NCBI GenBank assembly: GCA_965637545.1
Contig: OZ281496.1
Coordinates: 24,924,001-24,988,000 of the forward strand
Direction: 5' to 3'
Source: Phallusia mammillata
Taxonomy: Eukaryota
DNA length: 64,000 bases
Shown here in pieces: positions 26,201-37,619 of this stretch (its first letter is position 1; every line of letters begins with the position of its first letter). A program made the position numbers and the translations under genes. The notes beneath the pieces are model-generated. The model did no database searches. It was not told the origin of the DNA and worked only from the letters and a program-made list of their open reading frames with translations.

Positions 26201-29200
26201 AAAGTCACGATTACTATCACGAACTGCTGTGTTCCCAACCCCGGGTCATATGCATGCCCAAAATTTGGCCCTATACCCGAAAGTAAAAGCTCAAAGCCCG
26301 GCCTTTTAAACACAACAAACTCCGAATAAGGTTTTAAAGTTGGTGTTATTGCGGCACAAAAGATACTGAATGTGAAGTCAGGCACAAATTAATCTCGTTG
26401 TTTTTAAACTTCCTAAACCCTACCCGAAAAAACGGGCTCTGCCCTAACCCAATCACATTTCTTACCTTGACACACCACCCACGCCAGGTAGAGTTTTTCG
26501 ACGTCATATGATTCATTACGTAACCAAACCACTGACGCTGTAAACCCACAGAGACTAATACTGAGTATTTCCACGTCAATGCAATCAACTTGGTCTCCAG
26601 ACGGGTTTTGCAGCTTGTACGAAATGTTATTGGGTCTTTGGTTAAAACACTTCTTGAAGGACACATGCTCTATGTTTGGTTTGGAATTATTGTATCGTAG
26701 TTTGGAAATACGATGGGTGTTGTTGATACATTCTGTGAGAAGAAGTATGAGTTGATGTATGTCAGCAAATGTGAATGTAGATTGCCTTGGTAATATTTCC
26801 ATGTTTTAGAAATTTAATCTTTAGACTTTAGATTTGATTAAACGTTTTTCAGAAGACGAAATTGATTTAAATAACCAAAGCGTATTTCAAACGAACGGAC
26901 ATAGTTATCCCAATTAAGGTGACCAAATCGTTAAACGTTCTAAAAAGATTTAACTATGCTCAAACAGTCATTTTGATGCATGTTTTTGTTAAAAAGACAA
27001 TTTTGTGCACTAGGTTTAGCAATATTCCTTGGTCATAATTTGTATGCTTTTCTTACCGCTCACGTTCACATTCGGGTAAAGGTTCCCGGGAAGTTCTTTG
27101 TCGTAGTCACAAGAACAATTTTGTGTGGCACCTAAAATACATGTTTTACAATTTTCTATTCATAAGCATAATTTTTAGGTACCGTTTTACCGTTTTTTTT
27201 ACACATTTTAAAAAATAGTAATTGCTTGCAGCATGTTAGTTAAACCACACTTTGTACTTAATGTGCTTTAAATAAGACGACTGTTTTTTCATTAGTTTCA
27301 TTTTTATCAATCTTCATCTCTCCTAATTGTAATGTAAAGTGTGTTTGTATATTTAAACGTTCTTAAAGGCCACATAAGGCTGTAAAGAGCAGGGGTGTCA
27401 AACTCGAACACTCAACAACAATTGCAGTATTTTGTCAGATTTTTATCTAATTACAATGAATTTGTCTTACTTTTCAAAGCTATTACTTAAAAAAGTGAAA
27501 GCTATTGTTTAAACAGACATTTACAGAAATTTAATTATAAATAATAATTCATATGTTATGAATAGAAACGATAGTAATCAAACCGTTCCTCAAACCAGAT
27601 AGCCACATGCGGCCGCAGAAACGAGTTTGTGGGCCTATTGTGTGCAAACAATGCGAAAAACAGTCACCAAAAGCGTCACAATTTAGATTATGAGGTAATA
27701 AACAGTTAAAACTGATCTTCATACTGTGCAGCTCAATCTCTGCATCAAGTTGGAAATCTGGGATTTGGGGGCGTCAGTAGATGGTATATACATGATATAA
27801 ACCTTATTCTTTACATCTGTAATTTTGAAACAAAAACCAGCAGGTAATTTGCGCCTGTTGGTGAAATAAGGATCTGCAATGTGGCCGTCATAGCGAAAAA
27901 GTTGTTTATGTGTATAAAACTTGATTAAAAATCACATGCGACCCTCGGCATAATTTTTAAACTGCAATGTGGCCCTCTAACCCAACGAGTTTGACACCCC
28001 TGGTATAGAGGGTGCTAGGACATACCGTGTTTTATCCGCCACTTTATAACTGTTCCTGTATCCTCCCATCCAGTATAATCCCCTGTGGCATTCTGGTCAG
28101 ACCTTTGCACGCTTGCAATAAAGCCACAACGCCCGTATGTAACAACGGAAGCATTAAAGCCAATATCGTTGTATTCATTGTCCAATGCCAGACACACGTT
28201 ACATGGCAGATTGTTGAAGCACTTTTCGAAATTGATGTAGATCAGTTTGGGAGTATTCGGGTGTCCTTCAAACTTGCCCACGTCAACTGAACCATTCGTT
28301 GCTGGCAAATCTAAATATTTTGCATTTTGTTGTGCTGAAGCAAAATTTGCTAACAGACAGGAAACTATATAATACTGCTCATGCCCTTAACGAAACTCCA
28401 AACCCAGAAACATATCATGCTTGGTTGGTGGCGTGGTACCCTTTTTTCATACAGTAAGTTTAACGATAAAAATAACGGCCCAAAAAGACCTAAACAGCGA
28501 CTTGCTTTATTGTTCACACCCATCGGCAAATGCTCATGCTATCATCAGTGACACCATTCTTTGATCAAATGGAACGAAATTCGCAGGCGGAAACAGGGAA
28601 TTGTAGCCTATGTGACTCAACAGCACTTAAAACCTAAATAGTTCCTTCCTGACAATCTGAAAAACACAGCGCACTAAAATGTCGCGACGTTTTTTCCTAC
28701 CGTTGTTCCATCGTATTTAGTCGCTTATGGTTTACTTTGTTGATTTACGCTACAAGGCCATGTCAACTGTTATAATTAAGTATTGTTACGACAATACTTA
28801 AAAATATATTTAAGTTGCCGCCTTTCGTTATTGTCAAGCCAAACGCTTTAGTAAATGGATGTCTTAAATCAACTCAATTTAAGTTTATTATGTATTTCCG
28901 CATTTGCTCTAGTATGGAGTAAATATCTCCATAAAATGGATGTCTTAAATCCACTCAATTTAAGTTTATTTTGTATTTCCGCATTGCTCTAGTATGGAGT
29001 AAATATCTCCATAAGACGAACAATTACCGCAATTTTTGTCACACAAACTTACCATGTTCAATGCGTTCGCAAATGAAGAATCTGTTAGCAGAACAATCAT
29101 CAACGAACCAGCCTTCGTTCTTTTCCGTTGCTACACAGCCATGTGATATACTGGGCTCGCCTCTACCAAATCTTATCTCCTCAGCTTTTAGTTCGCTTCC

Positions 29201-30063
29201 GTCGCTCCAAGTGTACTGATTTTCTTGAATGTTGTAAGATATTCCAATCCAAAATCTTTTGTCTGTCGCAAAACGTGAGGATATTTGCCGCATCCCTTAG
29301 TGGCTCACACAACACTTTTTTATAAACTTAACAGTAATCTAAAGTCTCAAACTCAAACTTCTGCTAATATTTTAAAAAAATGTATGATTTGTTCTACACT
29401 GTTGGCATTGTATTCTTATGAATCACAGGAAGATTTGGTATTTAAATCACAATGGAATTTTTTATGGCATGTTTTATTGTTCAACTTACCGTAAATTGCA
29501 CATTTTAGCGAATTTAAATTACTAATACCGATTACCTTGAGGCATGTTTTCATTCAAGAAGTCATTTTTTTCTTCTGTTTTAGAGTGAACAAGATTGCCG
29601 TTGTATTTTTGACAATAATCTAGAGCTTTGTTGTAGTCATATTTGAAAGTGGAAAACCAGATAAGCCCATTTTCAAATTCCAAAATTTCTGCAACAAAAT
29701 TACAGTTACATTACTAAAGGATATATGTTTGTACATATGTTGTTTACTATCATACAATAATTCGCTGTCCTTATATTTTTGGTGCATTTTTCAATCAGAA
29801 AAGTTATGTTATGTACCATATTTTGCCAATTGTTAATTAGCTAATATCTATGCATGACTTGTATTATCTAAGATAAAAAAAATGTTGAATTTTTAATTCA
29901 CAGTTTCCATCAGTATTCTTAAAGGTTAAAAGTAAAATTCACCGTGAGAATAGACTATTACAGGCATAATTTCAAGTAAAAATCTGCCTTCAAAAGTTTA
30001 ACATCTAGATATACCTGCATCGGCCGCCGTATAAAACAGCAAACACAGAAGACTCTTCCACAT
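9347..30063 (-). CDS. Gene B: large spliced adhesion GPCR (signal peptide, CTLD1, seven H-type-lectin-like modules, mucin, CTLD2, mucin micro-exons, CTLD3, mucin, HRM/GAIN, 7TM)
   Basis: Exon 1 30015-30063 reads MWKSLLCLLFYTAADA. The ectodomain exons checked are phase-1 symmetric and splice in frame. The last exon reads GLMIFLVYCIIHKATRRVWW...STEGKP with TAA at 9347. No second signal-peptide exon was found inside, but a two-gene split cannot be fully excluded. Confidence 0.75.
11361..11498 (-). CDS. Gene B GPS exon (degenerate)
   Basis: 138-nt exon: QIATRTQCNIWDEINLRWSPEGTELILGSSPPECIFYSVGDYAIIV. Same position and TRTQC/GSSPP motifs as in gene A. Confidence 0.85.
14260..14536. mobile_element. 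Possible MITE remnant
   Basis: Imperfect terminal inverted repeats (agagttgtaagtcgggcc / ggcccgtttacaacct), internal tcgggcc repeats, and flanking 8-mers cactacct / cactagtt (6 of 8 match). Confidence 0.45.
14649..15217 (-). CDS. Gene B CTLD3 (2 exons)
   Basis: KSFFEAEQLCQKLNATLATI...AWFGLSKL...TWSDG...GEPSINLAETCVIL...WATRRCSFERAYICER. Confidence 0.9.
15495..19480 (-). CDS. Gene B Thr-rich mucin stalk encoded by a run of about 45-140 nt phase-1 micro-exons
   Basis: Repeated AG|...TT...|GT or GC exons, e.g. DADTTTDNVFTTENK, DVDTTTDVNFLTTTDSE, EFETTIGVEPTTEPVPTTTTSTTYSLE. Confidence 0.7.
16742..16958. mobile_element. hAT-type MITE (intronic)
   Basis: TIRs caggggtaggcaacc / ggttgccgacgactg; 8-bp flanks tgctatat / ttctatat (7 of 8 match). 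Confidence 0.7.
18245..18570. mobile_element. hAT (Charlie-like) MITE (intronic)
   Basis: TIRs cagtggttcccaaact / agtttgggaacccctg; perfect 8-bp target-site duplication ccttagga at 18237-18244 and 18571-18578. Confidence 0.9.
19822..20337 (-). CDS. Gene B CTLD2 (2 exons)
   Basis: RRNFTASNDACQAEGGSLVIV...NVWIGLRG...YFWIDG...CVIV...WHARKCGHKRSYVCQR. Confidence 0.9.
20903..21790 (-). repeat. Gene B large acidic mucin exon (888 nt) with 72-bp units (TTEESTEATIAVTTEETTEVTNEA) and a 180-bp higher-order duplication
   Basis: ORF 20736-21827; AG and GT boundaries at 21790 and 20903 give an in-frame phase-1 exon. Confidence 0.85.
21903..22157 (-). CDS. Gene B H-type-lectin-like module Y2 (contains KRKRD)
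   Basis: 255-nt phase-1 exon: ...VVTIHFKRWFRDPPSKIRLSV...VAVQNIFNDHFIVLI...KRKRD...INWTALFG. Confidence 0.7.
22319..22585 (-). CDS. Gene B H-type-lectin-like module X2
   Basis: 267-nt phase-1 exon: ...FDECYDVLPKEIEIQF...IDYCGFNVSVFRTD...WHSAGPIVHWKAYYG. Confidence 0.72.
22891..23458. mobile_element. hAT-type MITE (intronic)
   Basis: TIRs caggggtggggaa / ttccccacccctg, internal gcggccc motifs, degenerate 8-bp flanks ctaatggt / ctataggt. Confidence 0.75.
23921..24157 (-). CDS. Gene B H-type-lectin-like module Y1 (contains KRKRE)
   Basis: 237-nt phase-1 exon: ...GTVYFPKTYTNPPNKVYITL...EVYEIFNDRFTVQV...KRKRE...FDWVALYG. Confidence 0.72.
24690..24956 (-). CDS. Gene B H-type-lectin-like module X1
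   Basis: 267-nt phase-1 exon: EPQRGEVKVFP...LKFDESYDVKPKEIEIEL...DNCGVNVSVFRTD...WQEFGPTIVWRAYFG. Clear paralog of X2. Confidence 0.72.
25712..25981 (-). CDS. Gene B H-type-lectin-like module
   Basis: 270-nt exon: ...VYIFYGECFANRPLRTTL...EECGFEAAVEKID...GWQNTTLSLEWKVDFG. Confidence 0.68.
26466..26732 (-). CDS. Gene B H-type-lectin-like module
   Basis: 267-nt exon: ...HVSFKKCFNQRPNNISYKL...SLCGFTASVVWL...LYLAWVVCQG. Confidence 0.65.
27390..28002. mobile_element. hAT-type MITE (intronic)
   Basis: Perfect 16-bp TIRs caggggtgtcaaactc / gagtttgacacccctg; flanks gtaaagag / gtatagag (7 of 8 match). Confidence 0.88.
28026..28310 (-). CDS. Gene B H-type-lectin-like module (most N-terminal)
   Basis: 285-nt exon: ...IYINFEKCFNNLPCNVCLAL...GRCGFIASVQRSD...GWEDTGTVIKWRIKHG. 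Confidence 0.7.
28856..29013. repeat. About 80-bp direct tandem duplication in an intron
   Basis: atggatgtcttaaatc...ctagtatggagtaaatatctccata occurs twice in succession. Confidence 0.85.
29053..29689 (-). CDS. Gene B CTLD1 (2 exons)
   Basis: YDYNKALDYCQKYNGNLVHS...RFWIGISY...YTWSDG...GEPSISHGCVA...WFVDDCSANRFFICER. Confidence 0.88.
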
Positions 30064-31635
30064 TACTTGATCCATGAGCACAATTCACAAACTACACAAA
30101 TGTTTATATCTATAACACGAATTATTGCGCACTTGTAAAACTATAACTTTTTGGCCACAGTTTTATCGTTAGTGCGACGTAGGTGCTTAGTAGTTCGATT
30201 CGTAATGAAAAGTTAACCTAATTGCTGTGAAAAATACCTGCCTATTGAAACAAAGAATGCGAGCGCTGCAGTGTACGTTTTTATTGTTCTCTTCTTTGCA
30301 AAGAAATAGACAACAAAAATAGGTTGCGCATATTTTGACATTCGTAACCCGATTGTGTGAAAGCAACATTTATGATTGACGCATTTTTTGCGCTGCGAAG
30401 CTGGACGGAAATGAATCAGATTGCCTCGTGACTCTCTCTATTACGTGCGTTGTATTGTTATGGGGAATGTCATTCTATTTCGACTTGCTTTCTGTTTTCG
30501 CTGGTAAAAGTTCAATTAGAGGATAAAACCATTTATTTGTTTGAACCCGTTGATCCTTCTTTGTAAAATAGTACACGGTTTTACCATTTTTAACATAGCC
30601 GTTAAACTTTGTATGAATCGTAATTAATGCAAAAAAATTAAGGTTAGACAATTTGTACACAACTTGATAACGAGTTTGAGTTTGTACTATATAGGCTTAA
30701 TTTGTACTCATATAATGCTACGTAGACATATCCCAAAATCTAATCGAAAAAAACGTGTTTCTGCTCCAGTAAAACAAACTTGTTTCAAATGTAAACCCTG
30801 TGTAGATTATTGATCAAACATTTTTTTCGTGTTGTAGTACTCTTGCACTGGTAGTGGTAATTTATTGTCGCCAATTGCAACTATAGCTGTTTATCAGAAA
30901 AGCGGCGGCCTTTAATTTGTTATTGATTTAGGCGTAATTTATGTGCCAATTTTGTGGATTGTTTAAGGTTCTTTGTGTCTGATTTATAGCAACGCAAAAT
31001 CATATCTTTATTCTCTAATGAAAAAGAACTTTTACTTTAAGATCTATACAAGGTGTTTTAAAAGTATTTAATGTCAAGTACATAGGCCTGGTTTAGCTTT
31101 TTTTCGTTAAGTTTGTAACTACGACAAAAAGACTCACTGGTCTTAATCTGTGTAAACGCAGTCTACATAATATCAAGCAAACAAAAAATCGAAATCATTT
31201 GCCACAAACGGCCCTTCTTTGTGTCTTTTTTAATGTTTGCATTAAAAAATACGTCTCTCACGCCATATAACTTACCAGTAAAGTACACATGCATTTTATT
31301 TCTTAAAATAAGTAACAAAGTCAATAGCCTGTATATTTGTTAAAAATTCGTATTCATTTTCACACATTTTCTGCGTGCTTTTGCAGTGATTTAATGTATC
31401 AGTTAAATCGGGTTTGAAATAATTTGTAGACGTTGGAGAACGGTGCATCAAAGCGATCATCTTAAACATATACAAGCGTTATTATGGGGACTAGATTTTT
31501 AAAAACCATCAGACTTCCAAACGCAAAATCATCTGCAGCTTGTGGCAAGAGCAGGAATGCTGCAAGCATCAGTTACGTCACATCGAGTCGATTTGACGGT
31601 TGCGTAAGGGCCGAGTGACATTTCGACTACTAGCG

Positions 31636-31666
31636 TTCTGATTGGTCGAACAAAAAAGAAAAAAGG
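31636..31666 (+). promoter_or_regulatory. Promoter-like element, copy 1 (inverted CCAAT plus A6-G-A6-GG)
   Basis: ttctgattggtcgaacaaaaaagaaaaaagg, followed by a CpG-containing stretch and a CAG|GTAATC donor at 31793. Confidence 0.5.
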
Positions 31667-31699
31667 CAAAGCACCTTGGTCTTGTGAGCTTGAAGTGTC

Positions 31700-32900
31700 A
31701 TTCTTTTCTTGCGGCGCGCGTTGAAGGTTGTAGTTGCGAAGTACTGAGCGAGGTCAAAAAGGAAGATTACTTGCCAGCGCAGAATATATGCAGGTAATCA
31801 TTTTAATATAACTGGACGCTTTTGTGCCGTTACAGACTGAAAACGCTAGTTTACTTATGTGTCAATATAGGAACACAATTTTGAATTAGTCATGTACAGC
31901 AAGTTTAATTTATGTACTGCGCAATTCTACACGGCGTGTTTTGTCACAGAACCACGTGCGTCTTTTGACCAAGAACGGAACGGATTGATTTATGACTATA
32001 CGTAAGTGACTTTTTAAATGAGAATTAATTTGTTTGAAGTACCAATTAGGTTAAATAAGTTACAATAAGTCATGAAATGTTGGTTACTATATAATGACGG
32101 CGGAACGGGTACTTATTTTGTGTTTGCATGCTAACACATTACAATAGCTAATACGTACGGGATATGCCTACATAACTTAACTTATTGCCCTTTCCTTTGC
32201 AGAAAAATACGCATTTTTGACATCACAATTCGATGAAAGCTTGCAAGATTTAAGTTAAGTGACCTTGTTGTTTTATATTGCACAATACCATTTTAGGGTT
32301 TACTTATCATTAGGCTACTCACTAATTACAAATGTAATGTCCGCAGACATTTGTCTTGGCAATTTTGAATTAATACGTTATTGTCTACACGAACATCGGT
32401 AGTTTGTGTTGCAATATATATTTGTAACCTTGCCCCACATTACATGTCTCTTATTTTTATGGAGATATTAGAAACTCTTAACTTAGATAAATTGATATAA
32501 TGGGATGTGTTTTTTAGTGAGAATTAAGAAGAGTTAATTAAGGTTGTCAACCAACTGTGTTGTATTGTACTGTTTTGGCCGCAGTTTTTCTACCTTAATT
32601 AACTCTTCTTAATTCTCACTGACGGTCCTTTTATGTTGCATGTCACTTGTGTTTCGGTGGCATATCGGCAGAAGTGTCCACATAAATAGACTCCACTAAG
32701 CTCAAATGAGTGGAGTTAGGCAAAGTTAAATCTGAGCGTTACTAATGCAGCAGAACTATTGTTTAGGCCTACTTTTCTGAATAACAAGCTTAAAAACTAA
32801 ACAAATGACATTTGTTTCATGTGTTCTTTCAGATGGATCTCCAACGTTTACGAAATCCAAACATGAAGACACTACTATTTTGTGTGATGATGACCAATCG
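31700..32900 (+). ncRNA. Candidate spliced ORF-poor transcript 1
   Basis: Exon-like segments end at 31793, span 31950-32001 (AG...|GTAAGT), and start at 32203 and 32833 after pyrimidine tract plus AG. The joined frames give only very short ORFs. Confidence 0.35.
32516..32620. repeat. 29-bp perfect inverted repeat with 47-nt spacer (hairpin or mini-MITE)
   Basis: agtgagaattaagaagagttaattaaggt (32516-32544) is the exact reverse complement of 32592-32620. Confidence 0.9.
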
Positions 32901-34115
32901 GGTTTTCTTTACTCGTGCTGTGCTCCGTGCTCCTAATTTGGTTGTTGCAATTAGAAAAGTGCAGTGTTCTCCTGATTTAAACCACACTCTTTAGGGCTGT
33001 TTGTCGCTTGTGCTTGTTTCAAAATAAATTAATAATATGTTGTTACTGTAACCTAATGACCAACATCCTACCGTGCCCGGAATGTTCACCTGAATGTTGT
33101 GAATTTAGCCTACATGTTTTTCTGCTTGTTTATTTCGTTTCAATATCTTTTATACGAGTCAGTTCTGTGAAATGGCCAAATGAGAACTGCCTATAGATGC
33201 TATTTAACAGTAAACCTATGTTGCATACCTTTAGTTATTATTTATTGAAAACATTTTTATATTACTATTTGTATAACCTACCGTTAACTTCAAGCTATCT
33301 TCGCAACATCTGGGATGGGAGCAGTTACACCTTGCAGGTAGCCTAATAGATAATCATCACTATTGATAAGTCGAATGCATTAATAAGTCACTATATAGAA
33401 TTATGAAATTAATCACTTACTCAATACAAACTAATGATTTTCGGCTTCTCTATGTGTAACTGTGCTAACTCAGTTAATTGTTTTAATGCTGAGGTAAACC
33501 TGTGTTTACACCTGTTGCTCTTGACAAACTGCTATTGTTTAAATGTTTGATTTGTTTTAGCAATGACATGTTGAACTCGCAATATTGATCGTCGCACTAC
33601 ACCACGGTCGGCATCGATGTCCACAAATAATAAAATACTTCACAAAGTGAGTGTGGTTTAAAGTTGACAGTAAAGTGCGGCAGAGCCCTTTTTGGACCTC
33701 CGTTCCGTATCTATTTTGACAAGTAGATATCTAATAATGAAGCATATTTAGGCTATACAATAATATGAATAACTTCGAAATCTAATTTAATAACAGCAAT
33801 GTGAGAAAGCTAATATAGATTAATTAAAAATGTTGTTGGCTAAAAGTTTTAAACAACGATAAAGTGAACTTCATATTTCATGCAGACATTGATATGAAAC
33901 AATTATTGTTTTCCAGAGGGTTACCCAACATTCAACCAATCCTTGACTTCATAAGTGGTTCGCACTGTTATTAGGCTCTTTGCCCTCGGGGTCAAGCCAG
34001 AGGAGGTTGTGACCTGCCTAAAGCGCAAATTCCAAGTCAAATTTTACTGATTAGGTAAAGCGGTTACTTGAGTGGTTGATTTTTATCCGCCCTTGTGACG
34101 TTACATTATGGGGCA

Positions 34116-34147
34116 TTTTGATTGGTTTAGAAAAAAAGAAAAAAGGG
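34116..34147 (+). promoter_or_regulatory. Promoter-like element, copy 2
   Basis: ttttgattggtttagaaaaaaagaaaaaaggg has the same ATTGG-to-G spacing as copy 1; followed by a CAA|GTGAGT donor at about 34270. Confidence 0.5.
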
Positions 34148-35454
34148 AACGCTTCATCCGTTGACCTATCCGCCCTTTCATTCCGCTTTAGCAGCCGTGG
34201 TGAAGGCTGTGCTGTTGCGCAAGTCACAGAATTTGCTTGAAAAAGGGTTTACAGCAAGTTTATTCAAGTGAGTGTATACATATCAGTTTTGACCTAAATT
34301 TAAACTTAAGTTTAGATTATTGAGCTCGAATCTTACTTAGGAAAACCAGGCAATTGAGTGGGCATATGAGTTGTAACTATTTTGTTATTTTTCAGGAATC
34401 GCTAAACCGTTTTAAGCTTTGAAGACCTGCCAGTTTGCGAAAGGTTCCTGGAATACAAGTTAATAAGGTAACTTTGTTTTGATAAGTTTATATTTTATTT
34501 TTTTATTTTACTTTCGGTATTTTGTCACAGGGCCTGATATGGACTCGGTTTAATTCTTCAATGGAAACCTGAACAATCACAAGTAAGTAAATGTTACACG
34601 TTTTAATTTAGTAACTTACTTTTGTTAATTAACCCGATAATGTTGTTTTGCACAATTATAATAGAATTTTAAATTGAGTTGTGAAATTAATTTAGCTTGT
34701 AAGATAGAAATGTTTCCCTAATCCCTATGTTGTTTATGCTTTAATAGTTCACTAACGCTTTTTTAAGATATTTTTTATCAGGTTGCTGTAAATTATTGCT
34801 TGACAAATACTATGCTTCTGCAGGTCGTTTATTGTTCTGAATGGAGGTATAACTGTCCTGAAATTAGTTGTCAAGTTTAGACGTATTGGAAAAAATGCGA
34901 AATGTAAGTGAACAAATTATATTTACTGAAGATAGGTTCGATAAAATTTGTTAAGAAGACCATAACATCGTTTAAGTGTTGAATGTGCTTGTAGTGCCTA
35001 AATTGTATTCAGTTTGTTGTAATATCAGCATAACACAAACTTGGAGCAATAATGTCTTCGGAAAAGTAAACGTTTCAAATTTTTACCATAGCATTTATTT
35101 AATTTTGCAGAAACAATTCATGAATTCCAAATTCGGATGCACGTCAGTTTGAAGTAGGTTACTTGATTTTCAGTCATGCCTTTATCACAATTTATGTTTA
35201 TTAGTATAAGTTACTGATTGTAAGTTACTGTGTAATAGGTTGTACAAACGTCATAAAAATCCTTCCACTACCTTGTTAAACAATTATTTTGTTTTAACAG
35301 ACATATAACTCTAGTTGTATATTTACTTTTATAGCGACTTTTTTACCTACAGAGCCATCGGATACAAGGGACATTACATCTTGCAGTACCACATATTACC
35401 CAAGTTTTATAAAAGATAAGTTCATGTTATAGATATTTTTAATGTAGTCATGAT

Positions 35455-36000
35455 AAAGTGTTGTAAGTTAAAACAAGGACCACAGTAACAAAGGACCACA
35501 GCGCAACACCGCGGCGCGTAAACAGGACCACAGCTGGTGCATTACCAGCATCACTTCGCAGACAACTGGATCCACGGAAACAGAGGACCACAGCGCAGCA
35601 CCGGCGCGAGCACAAGTGCCACGGCGCATTTGATAACTTTGTGTATTATTTTGCTGAATATTATTCCTTTAGCCGCAAATAATTAATTTTACTTGTTTTA
35701 TTGTACAGGAACATCGTGTACGACAACCTGGTGCAGAAGAAACATGCGGTAAGGCATCGTCCCAAGAATTTACAAAGATAAGTTATTGTTGTACATATTT
35801 AACTTGCTTTAGTCGTTATAAAGTGTGTAAGTTAAAACAAGGACCACTGTAACAGAGGACCACAGCGCATCACCGCGGCGCGTAAACAGGACCACAGCTG
35901 GTACATTACCAGCACCACTTCGCAGACAACTGGAACCACCGCAACAAAGGACCACAGCGCAGCACCGGCGCGAGCACAAGAGTCACAGCGCGTGTTATAA
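35455..36000 (+). repeat. Two GC-rich about 180-bp direct repeats containing multiple ggaccacag motifs
   Basis: gtaagttaaaacaaggaccac...caccggcgcgagcacaag at about 35463-35630 and 35827-35990. Confidence 0.85.
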
Positions 36001-36250
36001 TTTTGAAAATTGTTATGTTGAATACTAAACTTTTCGCCGTATAGAACTGATATTATATACTTTATTTTTCAGAAACATCTTCTACGACGACCTCGAGCGG
36101 AAGAAAACGGAGGTTTCTGAGATGAAGACGTTCTTATTGTCGTTGCGAATTTATTCGATATTTTGTTGTGCTTTACGATTATCGCTTTTACAAAAAAAAA
36201 CAAAAACACAACACTTTCGGGAACACGAAGAACGACAACTGATCAACGAC

Positions 36251-36350
36251 CACTTTGGACCACTCACACAAGGATCACTTTGGACCACCCACACAAGGAT
36301 CACTTTGGACCACCCACACAAGGATCACTTTGGACCACCCTCACAAGGAA
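36251..36350 (+). repeat. 25-bp minisatellite, 4 copies (cactttggaccacccacacaaggat)
   Basis: Units start at 36251, 36276, 36301 and 36326. Confidence 0.9.
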
Positions 36351-37619
36351 CACATGGACCGCTCACACAAACACCACACTCCACACACATACCACGAATA
36401 CAGTTGGACCATATTACACAAGGACATCAATGGACCACATTACAAAAAGGAGCACATTACACAAACACCGCTGTATATGGACACAACATACACGTGGTGT
36501 TTTGTTGATCGCTATTTTTTAAATAAATTTATTTTTTACATTTATTGCTGTTTGTTAAGAATTGTATTTCTACAATACAGAAATTATATAGCACTGTAAA
36601 ATACCTGTAATTGCGGAAAAGACGTTTTATACATAGATTTGCTGTGGTTTCTGTTGATCGCTATTTTTTCAAATAAATTTGTTTTTTACATTTATTGGTG
36701 TTTGTTAGAAATGATTTTACCTAAATACACGGTTTCGGGAAAAATAGAAATCGTAGCATTTGCAAAAATAACGTTTGGTCCAGATAAAAGTCAGTCAAGC
36801 AGTATCCTGCTGTTTGTGAGTCTAAAATATTGAATACTGTCACACAGTACGCCAGGCCCATTGAAGGCACTATACCGAATCAGCCGGTCACCAAGCATTC
36901 ACCACCATATGGCAAGGCGTAGGCTAGAAAAATCTGTCACACAGTTAACAAATATCTTACTTTCAACTGAGATCGTAGGATTTTTGGTTTCGAGTACCTT
37001 GACTTGAAATCATGGCACGCCAGGCCTATATAATTGAGGCGTTTTACCGAATCAGCTGGTCACAAAGCATTCACGTTGTAGCAAGGCGCAGGCGGTAGGA
37101 TTTGAACACACGATTTTGATTTCAGAAACTACGGATTTTTAATTCCCTTTCAAAACGGCATGCTATGGTTATTACCTGTCAGCTGGAGAGGATCGGCGAA
37201 AAGAACGCATTATAGAAAAAAACGTGTTGTGACACATATTACAGAAAATATTTACGGTTCTTCATTTACGTTGTGCATGCGTTTCGTGTGTCTTTTCCGT
37301 AAACGCTTTTTATGTATTTTTTGCAATCCAAACCATTATTTCTTGTGTGTTGCATGTTTGTGCAATGTGTGCTAGGTGCTGTTCCTTGACATGTTGTATG
37401 ATTTGCGTTTCCATCGAATATTCCATGTGTTCGCTCCATGTGCAGGTGTTTCCATGTGTATCCGTGTGAGTGTGTGTGAGTTCCTGTGAGTGATATCCTT
37501 GTGACGTTTGTCGAGGCCATTCATTCATTCCTGGAAGACGAGTTCCTTTGTTGTGACCTCCTGTTGCTGCCAGAGTCCATTTCGTTTCCATACGAAGTGG
37601 GTTGGGTTTTCCTTGGAGA

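Larger units (their letters stand above)
34190..36500 (+). ncRNA. Candidate multi-exon ORF-poor transcript 2
   Basis: Short exon-like segments with good splice signals at about 34396-34467, 34531-34582, 34823-34903, 35111-35153, 35709-35748 and from 36073. The ATGs checked meet stops within about 17 codons. Confidence 0.4.

Noticed and set aside
36122-36599. His/Thr-rich plus-strand ORFs in three frames
   Set aside because: They arise from a 25-bp repeat (not a multiple of 3) that cycles the same peptides through all frames.
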